A stretch of DNA of 64,000 nucleotides from Candidatus Eremiobacteria bacterium (GCA_963758295.1 CAVWUU010000004.1:256001-320000), one strand, 5' to 3'. Positions 1-10,200 are shown, numbered from the stretch's first letter. Notes: generated by a model not told the origin, from the letters alone. Made by a program: numbers and translations.

Positions 1-2
1 TC

Positions 3-227
3 ACCATCGAGAAAGGCGACGTCGACGCGCTGGCGGATCGCTTGCGCGTTATCCTCGAAGATGGGACGTTGCGCGAACGCTTTGAAAGTGCCGCACTCGC
101 GTTCGCGCGCGCGAACTTGACATGGGATATCAACGCCGCGAGATACGAGAGCATTTACGGCGAGATCGCCCGGAACCAGAAAAGCGAAAGGCCTCGTGCC
201 GTAAAGCACGAGGCCGTAAACGCTTAG
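3..227 (+). CDS. C-terminal fragment of a GT4-family glycosyltransferase (5' truncated by window)
   Basis: Open frame from position 3 reads TIEKGDVDALADRLRVILEDGTLRERF...NLTWDINAARYESIY, the typical GT-B/GT4 C-terminus; lies in a polysaccharide locus. Confidence 0.75.
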   Translation, partial: TIEKGDVDALADRLRVILEDGTLRERFESAALAFARANLTWDINAARYESIYGEIARNQKSERPRAVKHEAVNA

Positions 228-243
228 GCGGTGATGCCGTTTC

Positions 244-2310
244 TTATTGGAAAACCACTTCGGCTTCGAGTGCCGGGAGGTATGTCGGCGGTGCACCGCC
301 GTTAAGTGCAGCCGTTCCGCCATCGGTCGTTCCATAGCCGCTGAGCACGAGCGTGTGCTGGTACTGCGGGAAGGGGAACGGGACGGTTCCGCTGGTGTTG
401 GGGTTTACCGCAATTGCGCACGGCCCGGCATAGTTGCCGGCGTAGTAGCAGGTTTGGTATTCGCGGCCGTATGCGCCGCCCGATTGCATTAGTCCCGAGA
501 CGTCGCTCGGAGCGGCAACTTTCGGATTCATGACGACCAGTTGCTGTTCCGGGAAGACGTGGAAGTTCGACGGCGTGGCGTAGGCTTCCCAAAGGATGTT
601 CGTGAGCGGATTGTACGTGAGCAAGAACGAGGCGTACGCATAGAGCCGTGCGTCCGTATTGGCCGAAGCGTCCGACGTGTTGCGTTCCTGGCAAGAGAAC
701 ACTTTGTTTTGCGCGTTCACTTGCAGTTCGCTATTTTCTTCTGCCGTCCACAGCCAGCCGTTATTCTTTGCCGAAGCGTCGTCGCTGTAGCAGTGCTCGT
801 AATTTCCTCCCATCGTATTGCTCGACGGGAGCAGCGAGATCGCCATCGACGGATTGTGGCCGTTGAGAACGTTCAGGCCGTTAATGATCACCGGCACCGG
901 AGCGGAGTTGTTCAGCGCCATGCCGCCCGTGATCCACGAGCTGTCGCTGTAATTGCAGGGCAGGCCCGGCGTAAAGATGCTTCCAAAATCGCTGAGCGGG
1001 CCGTTGTCGTCTTGATAGATCGCGTCGAAATGGGCGCTGCCGATCTGCGCGAGCGTCTTTGAACGGTACAGCGACTGCATGTCGGGCGAATTTGGATCCA
1101 TCACGTACTGCGTCACACGATTGTTGAAGATGTCGGTAACGCGGTTTCCGCTGCAATCATGGGCGAAGGTCGATTCGTCCGAAGTGAACAGCGGATCGTT
1201 GCTTTGCGTGCGGTTCGGATCGGTGTAGAACTGGGTTTTGATTCCGGCGGCCGAGATCGCGTTGGCATGAGCTATGTCGGTCTGCGCCCACGTTAGGTAT
1301 TGCGCTGCCGTCGTCCAGGCGATCGACGTCGTGCCGTTCGTGCCGGCCAGATAGTCGGCGTTGAGGACGTGCGTTTGCGAGATCGGTCCGGGCGTCGGCG
1401 TAGCGACGGCCGCGGGCGGGGGCGTCGGATTCATCACGACGATTTGAACCGCCGTGATCGAGCCTGACGTACCGCCGGTTCCAGTAACAGTGGCTGTTGA
1501 GCCGGCCTGCAGGGTTCCCCCGGCTACGACGGTCGTGCCCGTGATTACGACCGGAACGGCCGTATGCGTCGAGTCGACGTTCAGCGTGATGCCGTACGGC
1601 GTGCCGCCGGCAATCGCGCCGCTCGCGGTCGTCGAGGACGGCGCCGCGCCCCAGGACGTTACCACGACCGCTACAGGCGAAGTCGAAAGCGATCCCGTGC
1701 CGCTGATCTGAGCGTATTGCCCGACGACCGGGCCCGTTTTCGTGCCAACGAAAGCGGTTGACGCGGTGTACGTAATCCACATGTAGCCGTGCGGACTGCC
1801 GGAATTGATTTCGAAGCGGTTAGAGCCGAGCGCTACGATCGGACCTTGCGTGGAGATCAGGCTTGGGCTTGGCTTCGAGATAACGACCGGCGCAGGGGTG
1901 TTCGCGGCGGCAGGCGTGGGCGTGGCGCCTAGGACCTGAGTAGTCTGGACCTGTGCTACCGCGGTCGCGGTGACGGATCTCGACCACGAGCCGGTGCCGG
2001 TTACCTCGACGTTTTCACCCGTGAAAGGCGCGGGTCCAATTATTGCCGTCTGTGCGTTGGTGTAGATGTGCACCAGGCCGTGCGAGCTGCCGGTGTTGAG
2101 GGTGAAGCCGCCGGCGAAGAGTCCGGCGATCGGGCCGCTGCCTTGCAGCGTGCCGTCGGGATTGGTCGTTGCCACGGCCGGCACCGCTCCGCCCGTCGGA
2201 GTGGGAACCGTCCCTGGAAGAGCGTTACCATTTGCGCTAGAGCCGCCGCCGCCACCGCAAGCGGTGAGGGAGAGGCCGGCAAGGAGACAGGCGAATGCAA
2301 TGCGTTTCAT
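244..2310 (-). CDS. Secreted lipoprotein with N-terminal DUF5666-like beta repeats and C-terminal putative glycoside hydrolase domain (paralog A)
   Basis: Lipobox LSLTAC followed by a Gly run; repeated G-x-I...F-x-L...V-x-V-x-G units; Pro/Thr linkers; C-terminal domain with FDAIYQDD, GGNYEHCY, YGREY...AVNP. Confidence 0.6.
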   Translation of the reverse strand: MKRIAFACLLAGLSLTACGGGGGSSANGNALPGTVPTPTGGAVPAVATTNPDGTLQGSGPIAGLFAGGFTLNTGSSHGLVHIYTNAQTAIIGPAPFTGENVEVTGTGSWSRSVTATAVAQVQTTQVLGATPTPAAANTPAPVVISKPSPSLISTQGPIVALGSNRFEINSGSPHGYMWITYTASTAFVGTKTGPVVGQYAQISGTGSLSTSPVAVVVTSWGAAPSSTTASGAIAGGTPYGITLNVDSTHTAVPVVITGTTVVAGGTLQAGSTATVTGTGGTSGSITAVQIVVMNPTPPPAAVATPTPGPISQTHVLNADYLAGTNGTTSIAWTTAAQYLTWAQTDIAHANAISAAGIKTQFYTDPNRTQSNDPLFTSDESTFAHDCSGNRVTDIFNNRVTQYVMDPNSPDMQSLYRSKTLAQIGSAHFDAIYQDDNGPLSDFGSIFTPGLPCNYSDSSWITGGMALNNSAPVPVIINGLNVLNGHNPSMAISLLPSSNTMGGNYEHCYSDDASAKNNGWLWTAEENSELQVNAQNKVFSCQERNTSDASANTDARLYAYASFLLTYNPLTNILWEAYATPSNFHVFPEQQLVVMNPKVAAPSDVSGLMQSGGAYGREYQTCYYAGNYAGPCAIAVNPNTSGTVPFPFPQYQHTLVLSGYGTTDGGTAALNGGAPPTYLPALEAEVVFQ

Positions 2311-2339
2311 AGCACCTTTCGCATCGACACATTTCCCGT

Positions 2340-2348
2340 ATCATAACA
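2340..2348 (-). promoter_or_regulatory. Candidate extended -10 promoter (TGTTATGAT) for lipoprotein A
   Basis: Minus-strand TGnTATGAT about 30 nt upstream of ATG 2310 in an AT-rich intergenic region; SD-like GAAAGGT before the start. Confidence 0.4.
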
Positions 2349-2566
2349 GTCTCTTTACGAAATGCCTTACAATGTGTTTGTTGACTTTACACCATATTTA
2401 CTCGGTCGATTGAATGCTAAATAAGCAAGCGTAGTAAGACTTTCCGCTTGCCCGTATGGCGACGTTACAGTCCCGGGCTCCATGATTGCCTACCCCTGTT
2501 GACCCGCGTCATTGCTGGGCCGTTCGGGCCGTCGACGCCGGAAAAGCTTGGTACCTGGAGCAAAAT

Positions 2567-2611
2567 TACCCCATATGGGGGAGTCAATTCCGTCCTGTTG
2601 CGGGGTATGAT
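2567..2611 (+). promoter_or_regulatory. Palindromic operator TACCCCATATGGGGGA plus -10 TATGAT upstream of the NarL/LuxR regulator
   Basis: Perfect 12-bp palindrome CCCCATATGGGG at 2569-2580; TATGAT at 2606-2611; SD GAAAGGA before ATG 2652. Confidence 0.45.
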
Positions 2612-2651
2612 TGCCGCGTCCCGTTTCCATCCAAATTGTGCGAAAGGATCC

Positions 2652-3296
2652 ATGGTGTTAACTTCAGTCGACACGATCCGCTTGTACGTCGTTGAAGGGC
2701 AAGTGCTTTTTGCAAAGGCCCTCTGCCAGGTGTTCGCCGCGGAGCGCAACGTCGAAATCGTTGGCGACGCGCAAACGATCGATGAACCACTTTTGGCAAA
2801 AGCGCGTCCGGACGTCGTGATTCTTGATCTTGACGGCGCGAGCGTCGGGCTGGTCGATGCGCTCGAACGATGTCGAGCCGCCGTTCCCTCCGCGCGCATA
2901 TGCGCGCTCACAATGCGTCCTGCTCCGGAAATCATGCAACGTTGCTTGGCTGCCGGTGCCGAGGGCTACATCATCAAAGATGTCACGCCGGCCGAACTCA
3001 TTCGCGCGGTGAAGCTGGTGGCCTCAGGTGAAACGTACGTAGATCCACGAGTAGCAGGTGGTTGGTTGCGACGCCGCTCGAACGGCAACCGGCGCGCCGA
3101 CTTGAACGAACTCTCTGCACGTGAAACCGAAGTCATCCGCCTGATCGCCGAAGGGCTCTCCAACAAAGAAATCAGCGCGCGGCTGAACCTCTCCGAAAAA
3201 ACTATCAAGAACCATATCAGCCGGATTTTCTCAAAGCTGAATATCTACGCGCGCACGCAAGCTGCGGTGCACGCGATCAAGTTGGGCCTCCTCTAA
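2652..3296 (+). CDS. NarL/LuxR-family response regulator (atypical receiver)
   Basis: Receiver with PDVVILDLD and GAEGYIIK; LuxR HTH LSARETEVIRLIAEGLSNKEISARLNLSEKTIKNH; start moved to ATG 2652 behind an SD. Confidence 0.92.
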   Translation: MVLTSVDTIRLYVVEGQVLFAKALCQVFAAERNVEIVGDAQTIDEPLLAKARPDVVILDLDGASVGLVDALERCRAAVPSARICALTMRPAPEIMQRCLAAGAEGYIIKDVTPAELIRAVKLVASGETYVDPRVAGGWLRRRSNGNRRADLNELSARETEVIRLIAEGLSNKEISARLNLSEKTIKNHISRIFSKLNIYARTQAAVHAIKLGLL

Positions 3297-3361
3297 CCGC
3301 AGGCGGCAAAAAGAAGAAGGCTCGATGCCTGAGCATCGAGCCTTCTTTCATGCGCCTGCGG
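3297..3361. terminator. Bidirectional intrinsic terminator between convergent genes
   Basis: 15-bp perfect stem AAGAAGGCTCGATGC-ctga-GCATCGAGCCTTCTT (3314-3347), outer CCGCAGGCG/CGCCTGCGG pairing, A- and T-rich flanks. Confidence 0.85.
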
Positions 3362-3366
3362 TCGCG

Positions 3367-5235
3367 CTACGGAAGCGCGATGTAGGCGCTCAAGGCCGGA
3401 ACCGTGCCCGGTGCTGCACCGGTGAACGACACCGTGCCGCCGTCCAAAACGCCATTGCCGCTTGGGGCCAGCCTGTGCGCGAACGTGTGAGCGAACGCCG
3501 GACGCGCGTGCGCAATGCTGTCGGGGTTTACGACCATGGCGCAAGCACCTACGAGCTTCCCGCGGTAGTAGCACGCGTTGTATTCGCGAACGTAGTTGCC
3601 GCTGGGGGTCTTGAGGCTCGCAATCGAGGCCGGCGTCGCAACGCGCGGCTGCAGGGCGACGAAGCCGCTTTCCGGCATCACGTGGACTCGCGACGGGGTC
3701 GCGAAGCTCGACCACAAGATGCTGTACGACGGATCGTACGTCATCTCAAAGGATGCCAGCTGATACAGACGTGAAGCGACGCTCCCCGACGCTGCGCCCG
3801 CATACAAGCCCATGCATTGGAAGATCTTGTGGCGCGTAACGAGATCGATCTGCGTCTGCTCGGTCGCCGTCCACGGCCATGAACCGTTTGCGGCAGCGTT
3901 GCTCTGCACGAAGCAGCTTTCGAAGTCGCCGCCGATGCTCTTCGACGCACCTTCCACGACTTGTTCCAGCATGGAAGGATTGTGGCCGTTGAGGCCGTTC
4001 ATGCCGTTGAGAATCGTTGGAACCGAAACAGCGGTTTCCAGCGCCTTTTCACCGGCGATCCACGTTGCGTCCGTGTAGCTGCACGGCAAACCCGGCGTGA
4101 AGCTCGTGGAAGCATAGTGGCCAAGTTCCAGGCCGTTATCTTCAAAGATGGCATCGACGTGGCCGCCGGCCGCAACCGATGATACATACGAAGCATACGA
4201 AGAGTGCAGCGCGCTCGAAGCGTTATTCATGATGTACTGGGTGATAGACCCGTACTTAGTCGTAACGTTCGCGGAAGAGCACGTCTTGCTAAAGCCGCTG
4301 GTGCTCGTCGAATGATAGAGCGGGTCGTTGCTTTGCGTGCGGTCCGGGGAAAAGTAAACTTCCGTCTTGATACCGAGCGCGTGCATTGCGTTGGTGTTTG
4401 CGATGCCCGTAGAGGCCCACGAAAGGTACGGCTGGGCCTGCGCGGCGCTCACCGAGGTCGTGCCGAACGGCGTGCCGAGATAGTCCGCCGTCAGAACGTG
4501 CAGCGGCACGCCTGCGGTTGTCGTCGTGGCGATCGCCGTCGTAACCGAACCGCCCGGCGACGGCGCCGGCGTTGCCGCGGCGGCGGTCGACGTGCTGCTC
4601 GAAGAAGAAGTGATTGCGGTCGCAAGAACGGCCGCATGCGTGCTGCCCACACCCGTGACGGTTACGGCTGAACCCACGGCCGGCGTTGCATTCATCGTGG
4701 TGGAACGCGCGATCATCACCGGGATTGTCGATCCCGTTGCCGCGTCACGCACCTGCGCGCCGTACCGAACGAACCCAAGGAACGTTCCGCTCACACTAAC
4801 CGGAGCCGGTGCGCTCGGAAGCACCGCGGCGTAAGACGCGGCGAGCGATCCGCTCGAAACCGTTCCTACGGCGATGGCGTACCGATTGGCGAGCAACGGC
4901 GAGATCGAGGTATTCACATACGAAGTCGCCGGATAATGAACCAACAACGTTGCATGCGTCGAGGTATCGAGCAAATCAAAATCGCCGCCACTCTTTAGTG
5001 CGGTGATCGTGCCTTGCGAAGCTGTTAACGTTGAGGTGTTTTTGTTGGTTGTCGTGCTGGTTGTAACTGCGTCCGTTACTGCGCCGGTGGCTGGATTTAT
5101 GCCATCCGTCGCGGCTCCGGCCATTGTGCCGGGTGGAGATCCTTGTTGAGGTAACAACGAGGAAGTGTTTTGGCTGCTGCATGCAGCAACGAGGCTTGCC
5201 AAAACGCAAGCCCCGAGCTTGTTACGCATTTGCAT
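3367..5235 (-). CDS. Secreted lipoprotein with putative glycoside hydrolase domain (paralog B)
   Basis: Lipobox LVAAC; shares RTQSNDPL, NGHNPSM, DAIFEDN, GGDFESCF, YVREY...VVNP with 244..2310; start at 5235 or 5229. Confidence 0.6.
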   Translation of the reverse strand: MQMRNKLGACVLASLVAACSSQNTSSLLPQQGSPPGTMAGAATDGINPATGAVTDAVTTSTTTNKNTSTLTASQGTITALKSGGDFDLLDTSTHATLLVHYPATSYVNTSISPLLANRYAIAVGTVSSGSLAASYAAVLPSAPAPVSVSGTFLGFVRYGAQVRDAATGSTIPVMIARSTTMNATPAVGSAVTVTGVGSTHAAVLATAITSSSSSTSTAAAATPAPSPGGSVTTAIATTTTAGVPLHVLTADYLGTPFGTTSVSAAQAQPYLSWASTGIANTNAMHALGIKTEVYFSPDRTQSNDPLYHSTSTSGFSKTCSSANVTTKYGSITQYIMNNASSALHSSYASYVSSVAAGGHVDAIFEDNGLELGHYASTSFTPGLPCSYTDATWIAGEKALETAVSVPTILNGMNGLNGHNPSMLEQVVEGASKSIGGDFESCFVQSNAAANGSWPWTATEQTQIDLVTRHKIFQCMGLYAGAASGSVASRLYQLASFEMTYDPSYSILWSSFATPSRVHVMPESGFVALQPRVATPASIASLKTPSGNYVREYNACYYRGKLVGACAMVVNPDSIAHARPAFAHTFAHRLAPSGNGVLDGGTVSFTGAAPGTVPALSAYIALP

Positions 5236-5245
5236 TGGTGCGTAT

Positions 5246-6418
5246 CTATGCTCCCGTGAAGGCGAATGAATTTGGTACGACGATACGCTCGAGAGCGTCA
5301 ATTACGTCGTTTGCGTCTTCACTACTCATAGCGGGATAAAGCGGAAGTGAGAGCAGACGTCGCCACACGGATTCAGTACGTGCCAAATTACTCATTTCAA
5401 GCGAGCGGTAGCCGCTGAATAAATGAGTTGGAATATAGTGCACCGAGGTGCCGATGTGCTCGTTGCGGAGCCTCTCGATCAATTCGTCGCGCGTTATTCC
5501 AATCATTTTTTCATCTACGAGAATTACGAACATACACCAGCTATGGCGATCGCCGGGGTTCTGAGGGCGCGCTTGCACGCTTATTCCGGGAATCTGCGAG
5601 AGGCGCTGAATGTATTGCTCGGCGATTTCGTCGCGGCGATCTTGCATTTGCCACAACGCCTTCAACTGTTCTACGCCAAGCGCCGCCATCGGATCGGGCA
5701 TGTTGTATTTGAATCCGGGTTCACGCACGTCGTAACGCCAGGATCCCGTTGCGGTGTAACGCTTCCAGGCGTCGCGATCCATGCCATGTAGCCCGAGGAC
5801 TCGCGCGCGCTCCGCGAGCACGTCGTCGTTGGTCACGAGCATTCCGCCTTCGCATGTCGTGAGATTTTTCGTCGCGTAGAAGCTATAGGCAGCCGCATCG
5901 CTTTGGGTTCCCGACCATTCGCCGCGATCGAGCATTCCGGCCGCGTGCGCCGCATCTTCGAGGACGCGGATCCCGCGCTCTCGCGCAAAAGCAACGATCG
6001 GCGCAATGTCCAGCGGGCGTCCGCCGTAGGGCATTGGGATGATGACTTTCGTCTTCGGCGTGACGACGGCTTCGATCGTTTCAAGCGTAACCGAAAGTGT
6101 TTCCGGATCCACGTCCGCGAAAACCGGCGTACCGCCGAGTTCCATCGTACATTGGGCGCCCGCGACGAAGGTGAGCGACGGCATCACGACTTCGTCGCCG
6201 GGTCCCACGCCGAAGGCATGGAGTGCCACGTGAAGCGCAGCCGTACAGCTGTTGAGCGCGATGGCATGCTTCACGCCCGCCGCGGCAGCGAACTGCGTCT
6301 CGAACTCTTTCACGAGCGGGCCCGTCGTGAGCCAGCCGTTGCTTAACGTCTCGACGACGCGGCCGATTTCTAGTTGCGAGAGTTGCGGCTTGCAGTACGG
6401 GAGGAATTCGCTTCTCAT
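5246..6418 (-). CDS. DegT/DnrJ/EryC1/StrS family PLP-dependent sugar aminotransferase
   Basis: GWLTTGP, NSCTAALH, EDAAHA, SFYATKNLTTCEGG motifs; ATG overlaps upstream stop (ATGA). Confidence 0.93.
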   Translation of the reverse strand: MRSEFLPYCKPQLSQLEIGRVVETLSNGWLTTGPLVKEFETQFAAAAGVKHAIALNSCTAALHVALHAFGVGPGDEVVMPSLTFVAGAQCTMELGGTPVFADVDPETLSVTLETIEAVVTPKTKVIIPMPYGGRPLDIAPIVAFARERGIRVLEDAAHAAGMLDRGEWSGTQSDAAAYSFYATKNLTTCEGGMLVTNDDVLAERARVLGLHGMDRDAWKRYTATGSWRYDVREPGFKYNMPDPMAALGVEQLKALWQMQDRRDEIAEQYIQRLSQIPGISVQARPQNPGDRHSWCMFVILVDEKMIGITRDELIERLRNEHIGTSVHYIPTHLFSGYRSLEMSNLARTESVWRRLLSLPLYPAMSSEDANDVIDALERIVVPNSFAFTGA

Positions 6419-7791
6419 GGAGTCGTGATTGCCTTTCGTGGGACGAGGGACGCATTTCGCGTGAGGGCGCAAAGAATGAACGCGAGCCAAACGTATTTGG
6501 TAGTCATCACGTCGAGGAACATACTCGCGATCAGTAGACCGATGAGCGCGGCTTCGATACCGGTGCGCAATCCGTAGAGCTGGTCGCCCTGACCGATGTC
6601 GCGAAGCGAGCGGAATTGATACCAGCACGCCAGTCCGAAGATCGCCAAGCCGACAATGCCAAGCTCGACGCCGGTTGAAATTAGCACGTTATGCGGTGCG
6701 CGATGCCAGTGCGTATAATACGTCTGGCTGACGTTCAAGAATGCTTGGTCGAATGCGACTTGGAAATTTGAGAAGCCGGCGCCGAACCACGGATGCTGTT
6801 TGAACGCCGCGACGCCGACGCGCCAGATATCCGCACGTCCCGCACCGCCGGTGGAGGTTGCGTTCGAGAAACGCGCGAGCACGTTGCCGTACGCAGCAAG
6901 AGCGACGCCGATACCGGCCACGGCAAGTCCGCCGACCAGGAGACGTTTGCGCGAGCGGATGAAGACGTAGAGAAACGCGGCGAAGATCGCGAGAAGACCG
7001 CCGCGCGAACCGGCAACCGCCAATCCGCCGCCGATGACGACGATGGCCAGTGTGTAAAACACGCGAGCCATAAAGCTTCGCGTCGTCGTAATAGCCACCA
7101 ACGCCAGCGAAAACGGGAGAATCAAGGCCGCCGCAAAGTGGTTCGGGTCGACGATGTTCGCGTCGTTCGAGAGAAAAAGACGGCCGTTCGCCGAAACTTG
7201 CGTGCCGTGATGAAAGACGTACGCGCCATAGGCGCCGGCGAGTACGCCGCTAACAATGACGATGGTCACGAGCGTCGCGAGGGTTCGGCGTTGCACCGGC
7301 ATGAAAGAGATCGCGGTGTACAGGACGAGCAGTTGGAAAAACGTGAGCAAGTGATCGGTAGAAACGCTTGGATCGAGCGCCCAGATCACCGACACCAGCG
7401 AAAAAAGGAAGAAAACCGTCCAGCCGATCACCGAGCGATCGGGAACAACGCCGCGCCGCGTGCGAAGGAGCCAAAGCACGATGGCGCCGCCCGAGACGAT
7501 TGCGAGCAGCTTCGTGACCGTACCGAAGGCCGGCATACTGAGGAGGTTGTCGAACGGCACAAGCAACGCAAAGATCGAAAACGGAAAGACGAGGGGCGCC
7601 ATTAACGCGCCATAGGCGGCGCAGGGTCCGGCCACGGCCAACAGCGCGAGCGCCGTACCGGTCTTAGTGCCGGCAAGGGCGATTGCGCCCAACGCGGCAA
7701 CGATTGCAAGCGCCGCGATTGCGAACATGGCAAAGATGTTCGGTGAAGATCGAAGCGAGCGTCCGTTGTGCGCTGAAAGTCGTGCGGCCAT
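6415..7791 (-). CDS. O-antigen ligase / Wzy-like polymerase
   Basis: Many TM segments; DPNHFA, GSRGG, GRADIW...HPWFGAG, PHNVLISTGVELGIVG motifs. Confidence 0.85.
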   Translation of the reverse strand: MAARLSAHNGRSLRSSPNIFAMFAIAALAIVAALGAIALAGTKTGTALALLAVAGPCAAYGALMAPLVFPFSIFALLVPFDNLLSMPAFGTVTKLLAIVSGGAIVLWLLRTRRGVVPDRSVIGWTVFFLFSLVSVIWALDPSVSTDHLLTFFQLLVLYTAISFMPVQRRTLATLVTIVIVSGVLAGAYGAYVFHHGTQVSANGRLFLSNDANIVDPNHFAAALILPFSLALVAITTTRSFMARVFYTLAIVVIGGGLAVAGSRGGLLAIFAAFLYVFIRSRKRLLVGGLAVAGIGVALAAYGNVLARFSNATSTGGAGRADIWRVGVAAFKQHPWFGAGFSNFQVAFDQAFLNVSQTYYTHWHRAPHNVLISTGVELGIVGLAIFGLACWYQFRSLRDIGQGDQLYGLRTGIEAALIGLLIASMFLDVMTTKYVWLAFILCALTRNASLVPRKAITTP

Positions 7792-7841
7792 ATGATGAGA
7801 TCCTAACTTTGCGGTCGTAGACGAGGTAGTTCGCACCGGCC

Positions 7842-9149
7842 CTATACCCTTGAGTCTACGGTCCTTTTGCGCCGCAAGAACGACGAAGCAACCTCCAAAT
7901 AGCTGCGGAGATCGCTCGGTCGCGGTACCAACATCGTTTGCGCGCTAATTCCCGATACTTTACGGAAGTAAAAGATCGCTGCGGTCTGCCCAAAGACGTA
8001 GGCGACGGTCGAACCGAGCGCGGCGCCTACGAGGCCGATTCGCGGAATCAACAAATAGCTCGTAACGATGCAGATCATGGCCGACGCGGATGCGAGCGTT
8101 AGCGGCACTTCCGGGCGGCCCAGGCGGATCGTGAAGTAGGTCGACATCGGACTGCCGAGCGAAAGCGCGAACACCCCCACGAGCAGCACGCGCAGCGCCG
8201 GCACAACGGGAGTAAACGCCTCGCCGTAGAGCACTCGCACGGCGATGGGCGCAACGATGGCGAGCAGGCCGCAGCAGATGCTGGCTACGAGCACGTTGTG
8301 CCGGACCGATCTCGCCGCAAGCTCGGCGGCGGCACGCTCACCGAGACTGCCGATGTGCGGAGACGTGACGACGTTGGTTACTTGCGTTGCGGTCAGCAGC
8401 GTTTCCGACGCGCTAACGGCAAGCGTGTACATACCGAGCATCGCCGGCGTACCTAGCAGGGCGACGATGTAAATGTCGGCCCGGTAGTTCAGCAGCGAGA
8501 CGAGGCCCACCGCGCCGGAGCGCGCGGCATACACGACGTACTCCCATACGCCAACGTGCCCGGGCACGAGTTTCTTGGCATCGCGCACCATCCAGATGAT
8601 CGATGCGAGTGCAATTAAGTTCGGCGAAACGACCCACACGGCAATCGCCGTCGAGGGCACGCGCCCAATGAGGAATAAGCCCAACGACATGAACGCGATC
8701 ATCGAAATATTCCCGATGACCGCAACCGACGTCGTGATGCGGATCCTGTGCGTGCCGGTTGCATACCCGGTAACGAGCATCATCGCCGCAGGTCCCGGCA
8801 GCGACAGCACCGCCGGCAGAATCGCCCACGTTGCATGCGAGAAGAATGCCAGCGCGCTCGTCGCGAGCGCGCCGACCACAAGGAAGATGGCCATCGCAAA
8901 CGCGGACGCGCGAAGCACGCCGCGTCCACCGTTGCGCCGCAACAAGTAATAGGACATCGCCGAACTCAAGCCGCCGAAGCCGGCCGTCACAATGCCTGCG
9001 CTTACCATCGGCATCGCATAGATGCCGCGGCCGTGAGAGCCCAGAGCGCGGGCGGTGATAATGCCTAGCGCTGCGGCCAGTAGCATATTCACGATGCGCA
9101 ACCCGAATGTGTACAAGCCGTCGGCGAAGAGCTTGTTCCGAAGGGCCAT
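7842..9149 (-). CDS. Wzx-like polysaccharide flippase
   Basis: About 12 TM segments; ARALGSHGRGIY, YRADIYIV...GMYTLA, LLIPRIGLVGAA patterns of the MATE/Wzx family. Confidence 0.85.
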   Translation of the reverse strand: MALRNKLFADGLYTFGLRIVNMLLAAALGIITARALGSHGRGIYAMPMVSAGIVTAGFGGLSSAMSYYLLRRNGGRGVLRASAFAMAIFLVVGALATSALAFFSHATWAILPAVLSLPGPAAMMLVTGYATGTHRIRITTSVAVIGNISMIAFMSLGLFLIGRVPSTAIAVWVVSPNLIALASIIWMVRDAKKLVPGHVGVWEYVVYAARSGAVGLVSLLNYRADIYIVALLGTPAMLGMYTLAVSASETLLTATQVTNVVTSPHIGSLGERAAAELAARSVRHNVLVASICCGLLAIVAPIAVRVLYGEAFTPVVPALRVLLVGVFALSLGSPMSTYFTIRLGRPEVPLTLASASAMICIVTSYLLIPRIGLVGAALGSTVAYVFGQTAAIFYFRKVSGISAQTMLVPRPSDLRSYLEVASSFLRRKRTVDSRV

Positions 9150-9152
9150 TCG

Positions 9153-10196
9153 CTATACCGCCCGGTGCGAAAAGACTTCGAAGGCGGTTTTTACCAAGCA
9201 CTGCATGTACAGGTAAACGCTCGCGTTCTGAACGTAAAACAAATCGTAAGGGAGCACGCGCACGAAGTCGTCCGGCTGGAAATTGCGCGGAAGCACGAGC
9301 TGCGCCCACCCGGTCACGCCCGGGCGCACGATATGGCGTTGCGAATAGCTCGGAAACTCGATGCCGAAGCGGTCCGCATATTCGCGCATTTCCGGTCGCG
9401 GGCCGACGAGCGACATGTCGCCCAGCAGCACGTTCCAGAGCTGCGGCAATTCATCGAGGCTCGTTCGGCGCAGGAACGCGCCGGTCGGCGTGATCCGAGC
9501 GTCGCCCGGTTTTGCCCAATCGTCGCCGGCGTCCACGCGCATGGTGCGGAACTTCCACATGGTAAAGCTCTTGTCGTCGCGGCACACGCGTTCTTGGCGG
9601 AACAGAATAGGGCGGCCCGAGTCGCGCCACACCACGAGCGCTACAACGAGCATGATCGGCGAGAGCACCACCAATCCGACCGTCGCGAAGATCACGTCCA
9701 AGAAACGCATAGCGCTTTGTTGAGCGTGCCACAACGTTCCACGGCGCGATTCGCGTACGTGTTCTAACCCACCCTCGTACGGCGTGTTCCCGCGACGCGT
9801 TGCATGTAAATGGGCTGCGCACATTCCGGCGAGCGGTGCCCACACGATTTCGGCGCCGATTGCGGCAAACCAGTCGAACCCAAGGACAACGGCCATTAGA
9901 AGCCCGCCGATTCCTCCCAAAATTGCAACGCCGTACGTTGCATACCACTCGTCCGACGGCACAAGCGCGAACGACGTGCGATAGCGTCCCACGAAAGACG
10001 CAATGAGCAGCGTTGCCGCAAGGGTGAGGAACGGCACGGCACCGGAGCCCGAAATAATCGCCGTGACGACGAGCGCGACGACGGCCGCGGTACAGTCGGT
10101 AGTGACGAGCAGCAGGCCGCCGGTGCGCAGACGTTCCGGAAGACGGTGTACCGCCATTCGTTCGGTTACGCGGACCTCTTGCGTAGTGCTGGTCAT
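9153..10196 (-). CDS. Priming sugar-phosphate transferase (Bac_transf domain)
   Basis: KFRTM, FLRRTSLDELPQLWNVLLGDMSLVGPRP, RPGVTGWAQ; four N-terminal TM helices; start 10196 or 10208. Confidence 0.9.
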   Translation of the reverse strand: MTSTTQEVRVTERMAVHRLPERLRTGGLLLVTTDCTAAVVALVVTAIISGSGAVPFLTLAATLLIASFVGRYRTSFALVPSDEWYATYGVAILGGIGGLLMAVVLGFDWFAAIGAEIVWAPLAGMCAAHLHATRRGNTPYEGGLEHVRESRRGTLWHAQQSAMRFLDVIFATVGLVVLSPIMLVVALVVWRDSGRPILFRQERVCRDDKSFTMWKFRTMRVDAGDDWAKPGDARITPTGAFLRRTSLDELPQLWNVLLGDMSLVGPRPEMREYADRFGIEFPSYSQRHIVRPGVTGWAQLVLPRNFQPDDFVRVLPYDLFYVQNASVYLYMQCLVKTAFEVFSHRAV

Positions 10197-10200
10197 GGTA

